From NCBI GenBank assembly GCA_036504215.1, contig DASXVO010000076.1:35079-99078 (forward strand): a stretch of DNA of 64,000 nucleotides. The letters are read 5' to 3'. Every line of letters begins with the position of its first letter. Position 1 is the first letter of the stretch. Of the stretch, positions 46,763-57,301 are shown piece by piece. A program made the translations under genes and the position numbers. This DNA is from Vicinamibacterales bacterium. GTDB taxonomy: Bacteria; Acidobacteriota; Vicinamibacteria; Vicinamibacterales; Fen-181. The notes beneath the pieces were generated by a model. That model was not told the DNA's origin. It searched no databases and was given only the letters and a program-made list of their open reading frames with translations.

Positions 46763-48022
46763 ATGTTTACCCGCATTGAAGCCCGGCGATTCCGAAGCCT
46801 CCAGGGCGTAGATCAGAGCTTGGGGCCATTCCGCGCGCTTGTTGGGCCGAACGGGAGCGGAAAGACGACGTTCCTCGACGTCATTGCGTTTCTGAGCGAC
46901 TTGGTCCGCAACCGCGGCGACGTCAGGAAGACCGTTCTTGACCGGAGTTTCACCTTCCAGAAGCTCGTGTGGATGGGTCTGGGAAACAGCTTCCAGTTGG
47001 CGGTCGAGGCCGAGGTGCCAGAGGCGGTTCGACAATCGATGGCGGAGGCCAAGAGGCGGTTCTCGCGAGTGCGGTACGAGATTGAGGTCGCCCTCGATCA
47101 GTCAAATGAGGTCGGGCTCGAACACGAGACACTGTGGCTGATAGAACCGCCAGATGGCAGTCGGTTGACCCAACCGAGGCTGGAGTTTCCGAAGCCGCCA
47201 GGACTTCGCCCGAGTCTGTCGGTCACCTCCGGCCCTTCAAGGCGGGCTGCAATCACGAAGAAGCCTGGTGGCAACGACAACTACTACCCAGAGGGGCGCA
47301 AGTCGTACATGCCCTCGTTCAAGCTCGGCCGGACCAAGTCGGCGCTTGCCCACGTACCGGCCGACGTCGATAGTTTTCCGGTCAGCTCGTGGTTTCGCGA
47401 TCTGCTGGACACGGGTGTCCAGACATTCGCGCTCAACGGACAGGCCATTCGACAACCCAGTGCGCCCGGTGCGGGCCGTCGATTCGTTCCAGATGGCTCG
47501 AATCTCCCGTGGGTTGTGGACGGCCTACGGAGCCACAGGCTGCGTTTTCAACAGTGGCTAGGTCACGTGAAGACCGCACTGCCAGATGTCCTCGACATCG
47601 ACACCGTCGAGCGCCCCGAAGATCGGCACCGTTATCTCGTTCTCTCATACGCCAATGGGGCGAAAGTGCCTTCGTGGTTGGTGTCTGATGGGACACTTCG
47701 TCTGCTTGCTCTCACAATTCCGGCATACCTTCCTGACCTCACTGGCACTTTCTTGATTGAAGAACCGGAAAACGGCATCCATCCGCGAGCCATTGAAACC
47801 GTTATCCAGTCTCTGTCCTCCATCTACACCGGGCAGGTGTTGTTGGCGACTCACAGCGCCGTCGCCCTGAACATGGTGGAACCGCGAAACCTGCTGTGCT
47901 TTGCCAAGGACGCATCCGGTGCAACAGACATCGTTTCTGGCGACGAGCATCCCGCCCTGCGGGACTGGAAGCAAGGACAGCCGGATCTCGGTGTGCTGTT
48001 TGCCGCTGGAATCCTGAGCTGA
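46763..48022 (+). CDS. ABC/OLD-type AAA family ATPase (AAA_21-like)
   Basis: Walker A 'LVGPNGSGKTTFLD', signature-like 'SDGTLRLLAL', Walker B/D-loop 'FLIEEPENGIHP', H-loop 'LLATHS'. A long variable insert sits between the two halves, as in SMC/RecF/OLD-like ATPases. Confidence 0.85.
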   Translation: MFTRIEARRFRSLQGVDQSLGPFRALVGPNGSGKTTFLDVIAFLSDLVRNRGDVRKTVLDRSFTFQKLVWMGLGNSFQLAVEAEVPEAVRQSMAEAKRRFSRVRYEIEVALDQSNEVGLEHETLWLIEPPDGSRLTQPRLEFPKPPGLRPSLSVTSGPSRRAAITKKPGGNDNYYPEGRKSYMPSFKLGRTKSALAHVPADVDSFPVSSWFRDLLDTGVQTFALNGQAIRQPSAPGAGRRFVPDGSNLPWVVDGLRSHRLRFQQWLGHVKTALPDVLDIDTVERPEDRHRYLVLSYANGAKVPSWLVSDGTLRLLALTIPAYLPDLTGTFLIEEPENGIHPRAIETVIQSLSSIYTGQVLLATHSAVALNMVEPRNLLCFAKDASGATDIVSGDEHPALRDWKQGQPDLGVLFAAGILS

Positions 48023-48034
48023 CGGCAACTCGCT

Positions 48035-48637
48035 ATGCGTGACCTTGTTGTGCTCGTGCCGGACAAGAACACTGAGTACGTGGTGCTCGGTGTGCTGTCG
48101 AGGCCGCAAGCGTTGGGCATTCGGGCGATCGACTTCAAGGTCATCGTGGACCCGGGTCATGATGGTGGCGTGCGTCGGCGGGGTGCTCAGATTTTGCACG
48201 TCGAGCGGCACCAGTTCAGTCACGCCGTGCTGATGTTCGATTACGAGGGAAGCGGTGCGACTGAACGACGTTCCGATCTCGAAGCCGGCCTTGACGCAAC
48301 CCTCTCGCAAGATTGGGGTCGAGACGCAAAAACGATCATCATCGAGCCCGAGGTCGATGTGTGGATGTGGGGCGCTGAGGCCCATCTGAAGTCGGTTGTG
48401 CGCTGGAAGTTTCCAGAAGGGATTCGCGATTGGCTCGGTGCCGAATCGTTCTCGTTCACCTCCTCGGGCAAGCCGGTGCGCCCGAAGGAAGCGCTGGAGG
48501 CCGTCTTCCGACGGGCACAGGTGTCAAGGTCGTCTGCGAGCTACCAAGCCCTGGCGAAGAGGCTCAGTCTTGCCCGATGCGAAGACCCTGCGTTCCATCG
48601 ACTGCGGGAGCGGATGGTAGAGTGGTTCGGCAACTGA
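48035..48637 (+). CDS. Hypothetical protein, DUF4276/RloB/Toprim-like partner of the ATPase
   Basis: Starts 12 nt after the ATPase stop. Three blocks follow the layout I recall for DUF4276 (N-terminal acidic strand, central E.E motif, C-terminal C..F helix): 'LVVLVPDKNTEYVVLGVL', 'IIIEPEVDVWMWG' and 'LARCEDPAFHRLRERMVEWF'. The assignment is from memory, not from a search. Confidence 0.55.
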   Translation: MRDLVVLVPDKNTEYVVLGVLSRPQALGIRAIDFKVIVDPGHDGGVRRRGAQILHVERHQFSHAVLMFDYEGSGATERRSDLEAGLDATLSQDWGRDAKTIIIEPEVDVWMWGAEAHLKSVVRWKFPEGIRDWLGAESFSFTSSGKPVRPKEALEAVFRRAQVSRSSASYQALAKRLSLARCEDPAFHRLRERMVEWFGN

Positions 48638-49111
48638 AGTTGGACATTCGACATTCGCTGCTGACGACGGCCCCACCTGCGCCCGTCGGCCCTCATGTGC
48701 GTCCGCCTGCACCGTTCCCACCTGCAGCCTGCTCCATCCCCAACTTCTTCCCTCCAGGCGCACCAGGACGTGAGCGTCTAGACATGAATGAATAGACGTG
48801 GAATTTGTAAGCCATTACAAATAAATGGTTTGGCTCCAGTTTCAGCGCGGGGCTAACCTTCGCTGTCAGCGAACGGTCAAATGCGGCCACACCCGAACGT
48901 CTGAAAAGCGGCCACTGCGGGTAGGGGTGCTCAGGCAACCTATGCGAACGGCTACAGCTTGCCTTGCGCCTGAGAGAAGACGACTGCCGGAGTGGACGGC
49001 CACGTGAGCGGGCCGTGAAATGGGGCTTCTGCAACCATCGCTTCCTCGGCGAGTTGAGCGGGTTCCTCGCTCTATTGCGAGGAGCCCCGCCCTTCGGGGC
49101 ACTGATGCAGT

Positions 49112-49140
49112 TTGAGCCTTCGGCGGTGCGGATCTAGAAT
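49112..49140 (+). promoter_or_regulatory. Candidate promoter of hicBA
   Basis: TTGAGC (49112-49117), a 17-nt spacer, then TAGAAT (49135-49140), 31 nt upstream of the hicB ATG. Preceded by two short GC hairpins (49065-49082 and 49084-49100). Confidence 0.4.
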
Positions 49141-49171
49141 AGGGACGGTATCGGGCAGAAAGGACGTGGCC

Positions 49172-49363
49172 ATGCCGCAGCGGCTGACGATGGTCTACTG
49201 GAAGGGCGAGCAGATGTGGCTTGGCAAGCTGCTCGAATTCCCTGACGTCATGACGCAGGGAGAAACGGTTGAGGAGCTCGAGGAGAACATCAAGGACGCC
49301 TATCGCGTGCTCATCCTCGAGGACGTGCCGGCCGATCACCTGACAAAAGAGATCGCTGTGTGA
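49172..49363 (+). CDS. hicB: HicB-like antitoxin (UPF0150 N-terminal fold only)
   Basis: ATG 49172 with an AAAGGA Shine-Dalgarno sequence. 'MVYWKGEQMWLGKLLEFPDVMTQGETVEELEENIKDAY' is the HicB/UPF0150 pattern. Confidence 0.7.
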   Translation: MPQRLTMVYWKGEQMWLGKLLEFPDVMTQGETVEELEENIKDAYRVLILEDVPADHLTKEIAV

Positions 49364-49539
49364 AGCGCGCGGAGCTGATCCGGCAACTCACCGAGGCCGG
49401 TTGCGTTCTGCTCCGGCACGGCGGTCGGCACGACGCGTACGTCAACCCCCTCACCGGACAGAAGCAACCGATCCCCAGACACGCGGAGATCGACGAGCAT
49501 CTCGCGCGGCATATCAGGAAGTACCTCGGCGTGAAGTAG
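49360..49539 (+). CDS. hicA: HicA family mRNA-interferase toxin
   Basis: Not in the supplied ORF track (59 aa). GTG 49360 overlaps the hicB stop (GTGA). Translation: 'VKRAELIRQLTEAGCVLLRHGGRHDAYVNPLTGQKQPIPRHAEIDEHLARHIRKYLGVK'. This is the YcfA/HicA pattern, including the conserved 'G.H' and 'P.H.E'. Confidence 0.8.
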   Translation: MKRAELIRQLTEAGCVLLRHGGRHDAYVNPLTGQKQPIPRHAEIDEHLARHIRKYLGVK

Positions 49540-49589
49540 GGGCGAGCCGAACTGGCTCGGCGGTACGCCTACGCGTGTACCTGGCTTGG

Positions 49590-49830
49590 AGGTCCGCCTT
49601 CGCGCCTTCGCGCTTCGGCGGGACAGCCTTCGCATAGCTGGGTGGCTTGCCCGGACGAACCTTGCTGGGACGGAGGTGCGCCCTTCGACTCGCAGGTTCG
49701 TGGCCTGCCATGAGCGTGGCCGGCGCGAAGTGGGTGGGAATTGAGGTCCGCCGCCGCAACGCTTCGGGAGGCCGTCGTGCCTCGCGTTGCTTTGGCGGGA
49801 CAGCCTTCGCATGTCTTGCTGGCTTGCCCA
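49590..49830. repeat. Two to three imperfect copies of a local intergenic repeat
   Basis: The exact 19-mer GGCGGGACAGCCTTCGCAT occurs at 49617-49635 and 49794-49812. Each copy is preceded by GAGGTCCGCC and followed by (G)CTGG(G)TGGCTTGCCC. A weaker third copy (GGAGGTGCGCCCTTCGA) lies between them. Confidence 0.6.
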
Positions 49831-49876
49831 GCCGAAGCTCACCGAGGTGAGCGGCAAGCCGACGGTGAGCGAAGGC

Positions 49877-49963
49877 TGGTGCGGAAGGGGGGATTCGAAC
49901 CCCCACGCCCTTGCGGGCGCCAGCCCCTCAAGCTGGTGCGTCTGCCAGTTCCGCCACTTCCGC
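49877..49963 (-). tRNA. tRNA-Leu (anticodon GAG), CCA encoded
   Basis: Hand-folded cloverleaf. Acceptor GCGGAAG/CTTCCGC. Anticodon stem CCAGC/GCTGG with loop TTGAGGG. Long variable arm CGCCCGCAAGGGCG. T-arm GGGGG-TTCGAAT-CCCCC. Discriminator A followed by CCA. Confidence 0.9.
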
Positions 49964-50080
49964 AAATGAGGGACGAACGCGAGAACCGAAATCGTATCAG
50001 ACCTGCGGGCCGCTCGACAACCGCCGATCTGCGTCCTTCTCCCGGCCCGAGCGCGAAGCCTGGAGCCGAGAGCCCGGTCT

Positions 50081-50386
50081 CTACTTCTTCGCTGGCGTCG
50101 CGGGCGCGCTCACCGGGAGCGACTTGCCCGTCAGGACCGACGACGACCCACCGCGCTGCCAGGCGATGCCCAGAACAATCGACCCGACGATGAACAACAC
50201 CGCGGCCACCGTGGTGATCCGGGTGAGCAGCGTCGCGCCAGCCCGGGCACCAAACGCCGTCTGGCTGCCGGCCCCGCCGAAGGCGCTGGCGATGTCACCG
50301 CCGCGTCCCTGCTGGAGCAGGATCACCATCAGGAGCACGAGACAGACGAGGACGTAGAGGATGCTGATAGCGTATTGGAAAACCAC
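50081..50386 (-). CDS. secG: Preprotein translocase subunit SecG
   Basis: 'ILYVLVCLVLLMVILLQQGRGGDIASAFGGAGSQTAFGARAG' is the SecG signature region. Start chosen at GTG 50386 so the N-terminus matches the usual ~25 aa before LQQG; the maximal ORF starts at 50422. Confidence 0.8.
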   Translation of the reverse strand: MVFQYAISILYVLVCLVLLMVILLQQGRGGDIASAFGGAGSQTAFGARAGATLLTRITTVAAVLFIVGSIVLGIAWQRGGSSSVLTGKSLPVSAPATPAKK

Positions 50387-50535
50387 GGCTGCTGATCCCA
50401 ACCGGCCGGCCCGATCGACCACGATCGGAATGGCCTCGTTCGCGGATGCGATGTCAGTACGTCACCGCAACGGCTCGGTATTGCCGAGATGCATCGGTCG
50501 CAGCATGGCCCCGCACCATGCTCGCAAACCACATA

Positions 50536-51303
50536 TTATATCCTGCCGGGCCGGCTCGCCGCCACGATTTCGCTGAATGCGCGCGGATCGAGACTGGCGC
50601 CGCCGACCAGTGCCCCGTCCACGTCCGCCTGGCTGACCAGTTCGCGGGTGTTCGCCGGCTTCACGCTCCCACCGTAGATCACGCGACAGGCGTCCGCGGC
50701 TTCCGCGCCGAACCACTCCCGCAGCCGCAGACGGATGTGCGCGTGCGCTTCCTGCGCCTGCGCCGACGTCGCGTTGCGTCCCGTTCCGATGGCCCACACC
50801 GGCTCGTACGCCACGGCCAGCGACGCCACCTGTTCGGCCGACAGGCCGTCGAGCCCGCGCTTCACGTGCCGATCGAGGACCGCGAGCGTCTTCCCCTGTT
50901 CGCGCTCGTCGAGCGTCTCGCCGATGCAGACGATGGGCGTGAGGCCACCCGCGAGCGCAGCCTTCGTCTTCCTGTTGACCTGCTCGTCGGTCTCGCCGAA
51001 CTTCGTGCGCCGCTCGGAGTGCCCGACGATCACGTAGCGCGCACCGGCCTCCTTCAGCATGCCAACGCTCACCTCGCCGGTGAAGGCGCCTTCTGCCTCC
51101 CAGTAGACGTTCTGACCGGCGATGCCGATGCGCGTGCCCTTCACGGCCTCGGCCGCCGCATGGATGGCCGTGAACGGTGGCGCGAGAACGATCTCGACGT
51201 CGTCAATCCCGGCGACGAGCAGGTGAAAGTCGTATCCGTAGGCCGAGGCCTCCCGGATCGACTTGAACATCTTCCAGTTGGCGGCGACGAACGGGATGCG
51301 CAT
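50536..51303 (-). CDS. tpiA: Triose-phosphate isomerase
   Basis: 'FVAANWKM', 'VIVGHSERR', 'YEPVWAIGTG' and 'IYGGSV' are classical TIM motifs. Confidence 0.95.
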   Translation of the reverse strand: MRIPFVAANWKMFKSIREASAYGYDFHLLVAGIDDVEIVLAPPFTAIHAAAEAVKGTRIGIAGQNVYWEAEGAFTGEVSVGMLKEAGARYVIVGHSERRTKFGETDEQVNRKTKAALAGGLTPIVCIGETLDEREQGKTLAVLDRHVKRGLDGLSAEQVASLAVAYEPVWAIGTGRNATSAQAQEAHAHIRLRLREWFGAEAADACRVIYGGSVKPANTRELVSQADVDGALVGGASLDPRAFSEIVAASRPGRI

Positions 51304-51313
51304 GAAAACCTCA

Positions 51314-51520
51314 GGTGCTAGGGGTGCTGAAGGTGCCAGAGCTGCTTCACGTGCAGTGCCAATCGTGCCACAGGTGCTGGGGGTGGGGGTGCCGAAGGTG
51401 CGGTGCTGCGGGTGCTAGCACGTCCAGCACCCGCACCCTCAGCACCAACAGCACTTGTGGCACCTGCAGCACTGGACCTTCAGCACCTGCAGCACCCGTG
51501 GCACCTCCAGCACCTGCAGT
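51314..51520. repeat. ~200-bp imperfect inverted repeat built from 9-nt-spaced GTGC (left arm) / GCAC (right arm) units
   Basis: It fills the pgk-tpiA spacer. The centre is GCTAGC at 51414-51419. In the left arm GGTGC recurs mostly every 9 nt; in the right arm GCAC recurs every 9 nt about a dozen times. The reverse complement of the right arm aligns with the left arm (e.g. GTGCCACA(G/A)GTGCTG, GGTGCGG(G)TGCTG). Confidence 0.8.
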
Positions 51521-51531
51521 GTGCTGTCCGG

Positions 51532-52722
<1,191 letters not shown>

Positions 52723-52739
52723 GGGAAACCTCCTTGCCC

Positions 52740-53900
<1,161 letters not shown>

Positions 53901-53927
53901 TCAGCCAGCCCGTTGAAACCCGGCCAG

Positions 53928-55259
53928 ATGTATTTCCTCTACACGTGCGTCAGCGTCGTCGCCCTCCTGCTGCTCGGGCCGTACTTCCTGTATCAGGCGG
54001 TGCGGTACCGGAAGTACATCACGAACCTGCGCCAGCGGCTGGGCTACCTTCCGGTGTCGTTCAACGTGGACGGTGAAGAATCGATCTGGATCCACGCCGT
54101 GTCGGTTGGCGAGGCGCTCACGGCGCGGGCGCTGGTCGGCGAACTGCGCAAGCGCTACCCGCGCATGCGGCTGTTCGTCTCCACGACGACGATTGCCGGC
54201 CAGCAGGTGGCCGCACGCGAGATCAAGGACGCCGACGCGCTCTTCTACTTCCCGATCGACTTCAGCTTCATCGTTCAGCGCACGCTGCGGCTCGTCCGGC
54301 CCCGGCTGTTCGTGATGATGGAAACCGAGATCTGGCCGAGCCTGCTTCGCGCCTGCTGTCGCGCGGGGGTGCGCACGGTCGTCGCGAACGGACGGATCTC
54401 GGCGCGGTCGTACCCGCGCTACCGCTGGGTCCGCCCGTTCTTCCGTCGGGTCCTGGCGGACGTCGATCGGTTCTGCATGCAGTCGAGCGAATCGGCGGAG
54501 CGGTTGATCGACCTCGGCGCCGACCCGGCACGCGTGACCGTGACCGGCAATCTCAAGTTCGACGCGCTGCAGGCGCCCGCGACCGCCGGGCAAGAGCGCG
54601 GCGGGCATCGCGTGCTGCGGTTCTTCCGCGTGTCCGAGGGACGGCCGGTCATCGTGGCAGGCTCGACGATGCGGGGTGAGGAGATCCTGGTGCTCCGGGC
54701 GTTCGAGCGCGCGCGCGCCAGCGTGCCACGGGCCCTGCTCATCGTGGCACCGCGCCACACCGAGCGGTTCGACGAGGTCGAACGGCTCGCGCGGGAAGAG
54801 GGGTTCCGGACCGCGCGCCGGACGATGCTGACGATCGACGAAGAACCCGCGGCGGACGTGGTCGTGCTCGACACGATCGGCGAACTCGCCCACTTGTACC
54901 GGCTGGCGACGCTCGTGTTCGTCGGCGGCAGCCTCGTGTCCACGGGTGGCCACAACATCCTCGAGCCGGCGGTCTACGGGCGGCCGATCCTTTTCGGTCC
55001 GCACATGCAGAACTTCAAGGAAATCGCGGCGACGTTTCTCGAGGCGGACGCCGCTGTCCAGGTGGGAGACGAGCGGGAACTGGGATCGGTCTTCCGCGAC
55101 CTGCTGGACGACGAGTCGCGGCGCGCGCGGATGGGTGGCGCGGCACGGGCGATCATCGACGCCAGCCACGGGGCGCGTGAACGGACGCTGTCGGTCATCG
55201 CGGAACTGCTGCCGCCGGGCGAAGGGCCGACGGTGCGTTCCTTCCGGCTCGTGAAGTAG
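53928..55259 (+). CDS. waaA: 3-deoxy-D-manno-octulosonic acid (Kdo) transferase
   Basis: N-terminal TM helix, then '[26 protein letters not shown]...[10 protein letters not shown]', which aligns with E. coli WaaA 'IMLHSVSVGETLAAIPLVRALRHRYP...ITVTTMTPTG'. Confidence 0.85.
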   Translation: MYFLYTCVSVVALLLLGPYFLYQAVRYRKYITNLRQRLGYLPVSFNVDGEESIWIHAVSVGEALTARALVGELRKRYPRMRLFVSTTTIAGQQVAAREIKDADALFYFPIDFSFIVQRTLRLVRPRLFVMMETEIWPSLLRACCRAGVRTVVANGRISARSYPRYRWVRPFFRRVLADVDRFCMQSSESAERLIDLGADPARVTVTGNLKFDALQAPATAGQERGGHRVLRFFRVSEGRPVIVAGSTMRGEEILVLRAFERARASVPRALLIVAPRHTERFDEVERLAREEGFRTARRTMLTIDEEPAADVVVLDTIGELAHLYRLATLVFVGGSLVSTGGHNILEPAVYGRPILFGPHMQNFKEIAATFLEADAAVQVGDERELGSVFRDLLDDESRRARMGGAARAIIDASHGARERTLSVIAELLPPGEGPTVRSFRLVK

Positions 55260-55279
55260 GATGGGCCACTGAGGATGAC

Positions 55280-56284
55280 GTGAACCTGGCGAGTACGATC
55301 TACGCAGGGGCCGCACGCGCGCGGCGACGGTGGTACGCGCGGCACGCCGAGGCGCGCCGGCGGCTCGCTCGGCCGGTCATCAGCGTCGGCAACATCAGCG
55401 CGGGGGGCAGCGGCAAGACGCCGGTGGCCGCCTTCGTGGCGCACCTGCTGCTGGCACTTGGCGAGCGGCCGTCGATCCTCACGCGCGGGTATGCCCGCCG
55501 GACACCGTCGGACGGCGTCACGGTGGTGAGCGACGGCCAGCGGGAGCTCGCCGGCGTCGATCGCGCCGGCGACGAGCCGCTGATGCTCGCCAGGCAACTG
55601 CCGGGCGTGCCGGTGTTCGTCTCGGCTGATCGCTTCCTGGCAGGGTGTCTCGCCGAACGGCGATTCGGCTGCACGGTCCATGTGTTGGACGACGGGTTCC
55701 AGCACTTTCAGCTGGAACGGGATGTCGACCTGGTGCTGATCTCGCCGGACGACATCAGCCACCCCGTCACGCTCCCGTCGGGGCGCCTGCGCGAGCCGCT
55801 CGACGCGGCCAGAGCCGCGGACGCCGTGATTGTCTCGGATGCGGACGAAGCGGCCGCCATGTCGGTCGGTCGGACACTGAGCGCGGCGCACGTCTTCCGG
55901 CTGACGCGCAGGCTTGGGATCCCGCAGTTCGTGGAGCCCCCCGCAGGAATGGACGGATCGCCCGGGCCTGGCACCCGGGTGTTGGGGGTCGCCGGCCTTG
56001 CACGACCGGAGCGGTTCTTCGCGGCACTTGCGGCAGAGCGATGGGTGGTCGCCGACACGATGGCATTTGCGGACCACCACGCGTTCACCGCGACCGACGT
56101 TCGGCGGATCGCCGGCGCCATGAGCCAGGCGGGCGCGGCGATCGTGATGACAACCGAGAAGGATCTGATGCGGCTGCTGCCGCTCTGCCCGCTGCCGGTG
56201 CCCGTCGCGTGGGTCCCGCTCGAGGTGAGCGTCGAGCCGGCTGCCGAATTCTCGGCCTGGCTGCGCGGGCACGTGGGCCACTGA
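55280..56284 (+). CDS. lpxK: Tetraacyldisaccharide 4'-kinase
   Basis: GTG 55280 with a GAGGA Shine-Dalgarno sequence. 'VISVGNISAGGSGKTPVAAFVA' P-loop and 'LDDGFQH' motif. Confidence 0.85.
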   Translation: MNLASTIYAGAARARRRWYARHAEARRRLARPVISVGNISAGGSGKTPVAAFVAHLLLALGERPSILTRGYARRTPSDGVTVVSDGQRELAGVDRAGDEPLMLARQLPGVPVFVSADRFLAGCLAERRFGCTVHVLDDGFQHFQLERDVDLVLISPDDISHPVTLPSGRLREPLDAARAADAVIVSDADEAAAMSVGRTLSAAHVFRLTRRLGIPQFVEPPAGMDGSPGPGTRVLGVAGLARPERFFAALAAERWVVADTMAFADHHAFTATDVRRIAGAMSQAGAAIVMTTEKDLMRLLPLCPLPVPVAWVPLEVSVEPAAEFSAWLRGHVGH

Positions 56285-56353
56285 GCCACCGGGCCGTGTC
56301 GTCTCTCTACCCCTGTCCGTCTTTGTGCCTCTGTGGCCAGGTGAGGAAGGTCA

Positions 56354-57301
56354 TTGCGTCATCGTCTCGAATACCTGCTCGTGGCCTTCGTGGCCTTTGT
56401 CATCCGGTGGCTGCCGTGGCCCGTTGTCACCGCCATGGGCCGGGGCGTCGGCACGCTGTTCCATGCCTTCGACGTGACGCACCGTCGCGTGGCGCTCGCG
56501 AATCTCGCCCGCGCGTTTCCGACGCGGACGCTCGTCGAGCGCCGGGCGATTGCCCGCGCCGTCTTTCGCCATTTCGGCAGCATGCTCTTCGAGCTGCTCA
56601 AGTTCGGGGCGCTGCCGCCAGAGGAGATGCTCGATCGGGTGGAGTTCGAAGGCGCGGACCGCGCGCGCCAGGCCTACGCGGCCGGCCATGGCGTGTTCTT
56701 CCTGACCGGCCACTTCGGATGCTGGGAGGTCAACGGCCTCGTCCACGCCCTGCACCTCGCGCCGATCGGCCTGATGGCACGCCCGCTCGACAATCCGTTC
56801 CTGAACGGCCTGCTCGAGCGTGTCCGGCAGGCGACGGGCAACTGGGTGATCTACCGGCGCGGCGGCATTCGTCGGACCTTGCGGGCGCTCGAGTCGGGGC
56901 AGGGCGTGGCGATTCTGATCGACCAGCACGTGCACGGTCCCGACGCGACGCATGTCGATTTCTTCAATCGCCCGGCCTCGACGACCACCGCGCTGGCCGC
57001 GCTCGCCCTTCGGACCGGTGCGCCCGTGATCCCGGTGTTCGCGATTCCGGTCGCCGCTGGCCGGTATCGGATGATCTACGAGCATGCGGTGGAATTGCCG
57101 AAGCCCGACTCGCCGGACGCCATCCGTGAATTCACGCAGCGCTGCACCGACGTGCTCGAGATGTACGTCCGCAGGTATCCGGAGCAGTGGCTGTGGATGC
57201 ATCGCCGGTGGCGCGAGCCCGAGAACGCGGCGATGCACGTGAAGGGGATGTTCCCCGCCGCCCGACGCGAGAACGACGTCGACGACAAGGTCCCCGACTG
57301 A
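56354..57301 (+). CDS. Lipid A biosynthesis (Kdo)2-lipid IVA acyltransferase family protein (LpxL/HtrB-like)
   Basis: TTG 56354 with a GAGGAAGG Shine-Dalgarno sequence. 'FFLTGHFGCWEV' is the H(x)4(D/E) acyltransferase motif context. 'ILIDQ', 'FFNRPASTTTALAALALRTGAPVIPV' and 'YPEQWLWMHRRW' are typical of the family. Confidence 0.75.
   Translation: MRHRLEYLLVAFVAFVIRWLPWPVVTAMGRGVGTLFHAFDVTHRRVALANLARAFPTRTLVERRAIARAVFRHFGSMLFELLKFGALPPEEMLDRVEFEGADRARQAYAAGHGVFFLTGHFGCWEVNGLVHALHLAPIGLMARPLDNPFLNGLLERVRQATGNWVIYRRGGIRRTLRALESGQGVAILIDQHVHGPDATHVDFFNRPASTTTALAALALRTGAPVIPVFAIPVAAGRYRMIYEHAVELPKPDSPDAIREFTQRCTDVLEMYVRRYPEQWLWMHRRWREPENAAMHVKGMFPAARRENDVDDKVPD

Noticed and set aside
45800-49877. 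Search for integrase, transposase or an att direct repeat delimiting the tRNA-Leu islet
   Set aside because: No recombinase-like ORF was found in any frame, and no copy of the tRNA-Leu 3' segment (e.g. GGATTCGAACCCCC) was found by eye in the islet. It is therefore reported only as a decayed islet, not as a mobile element.
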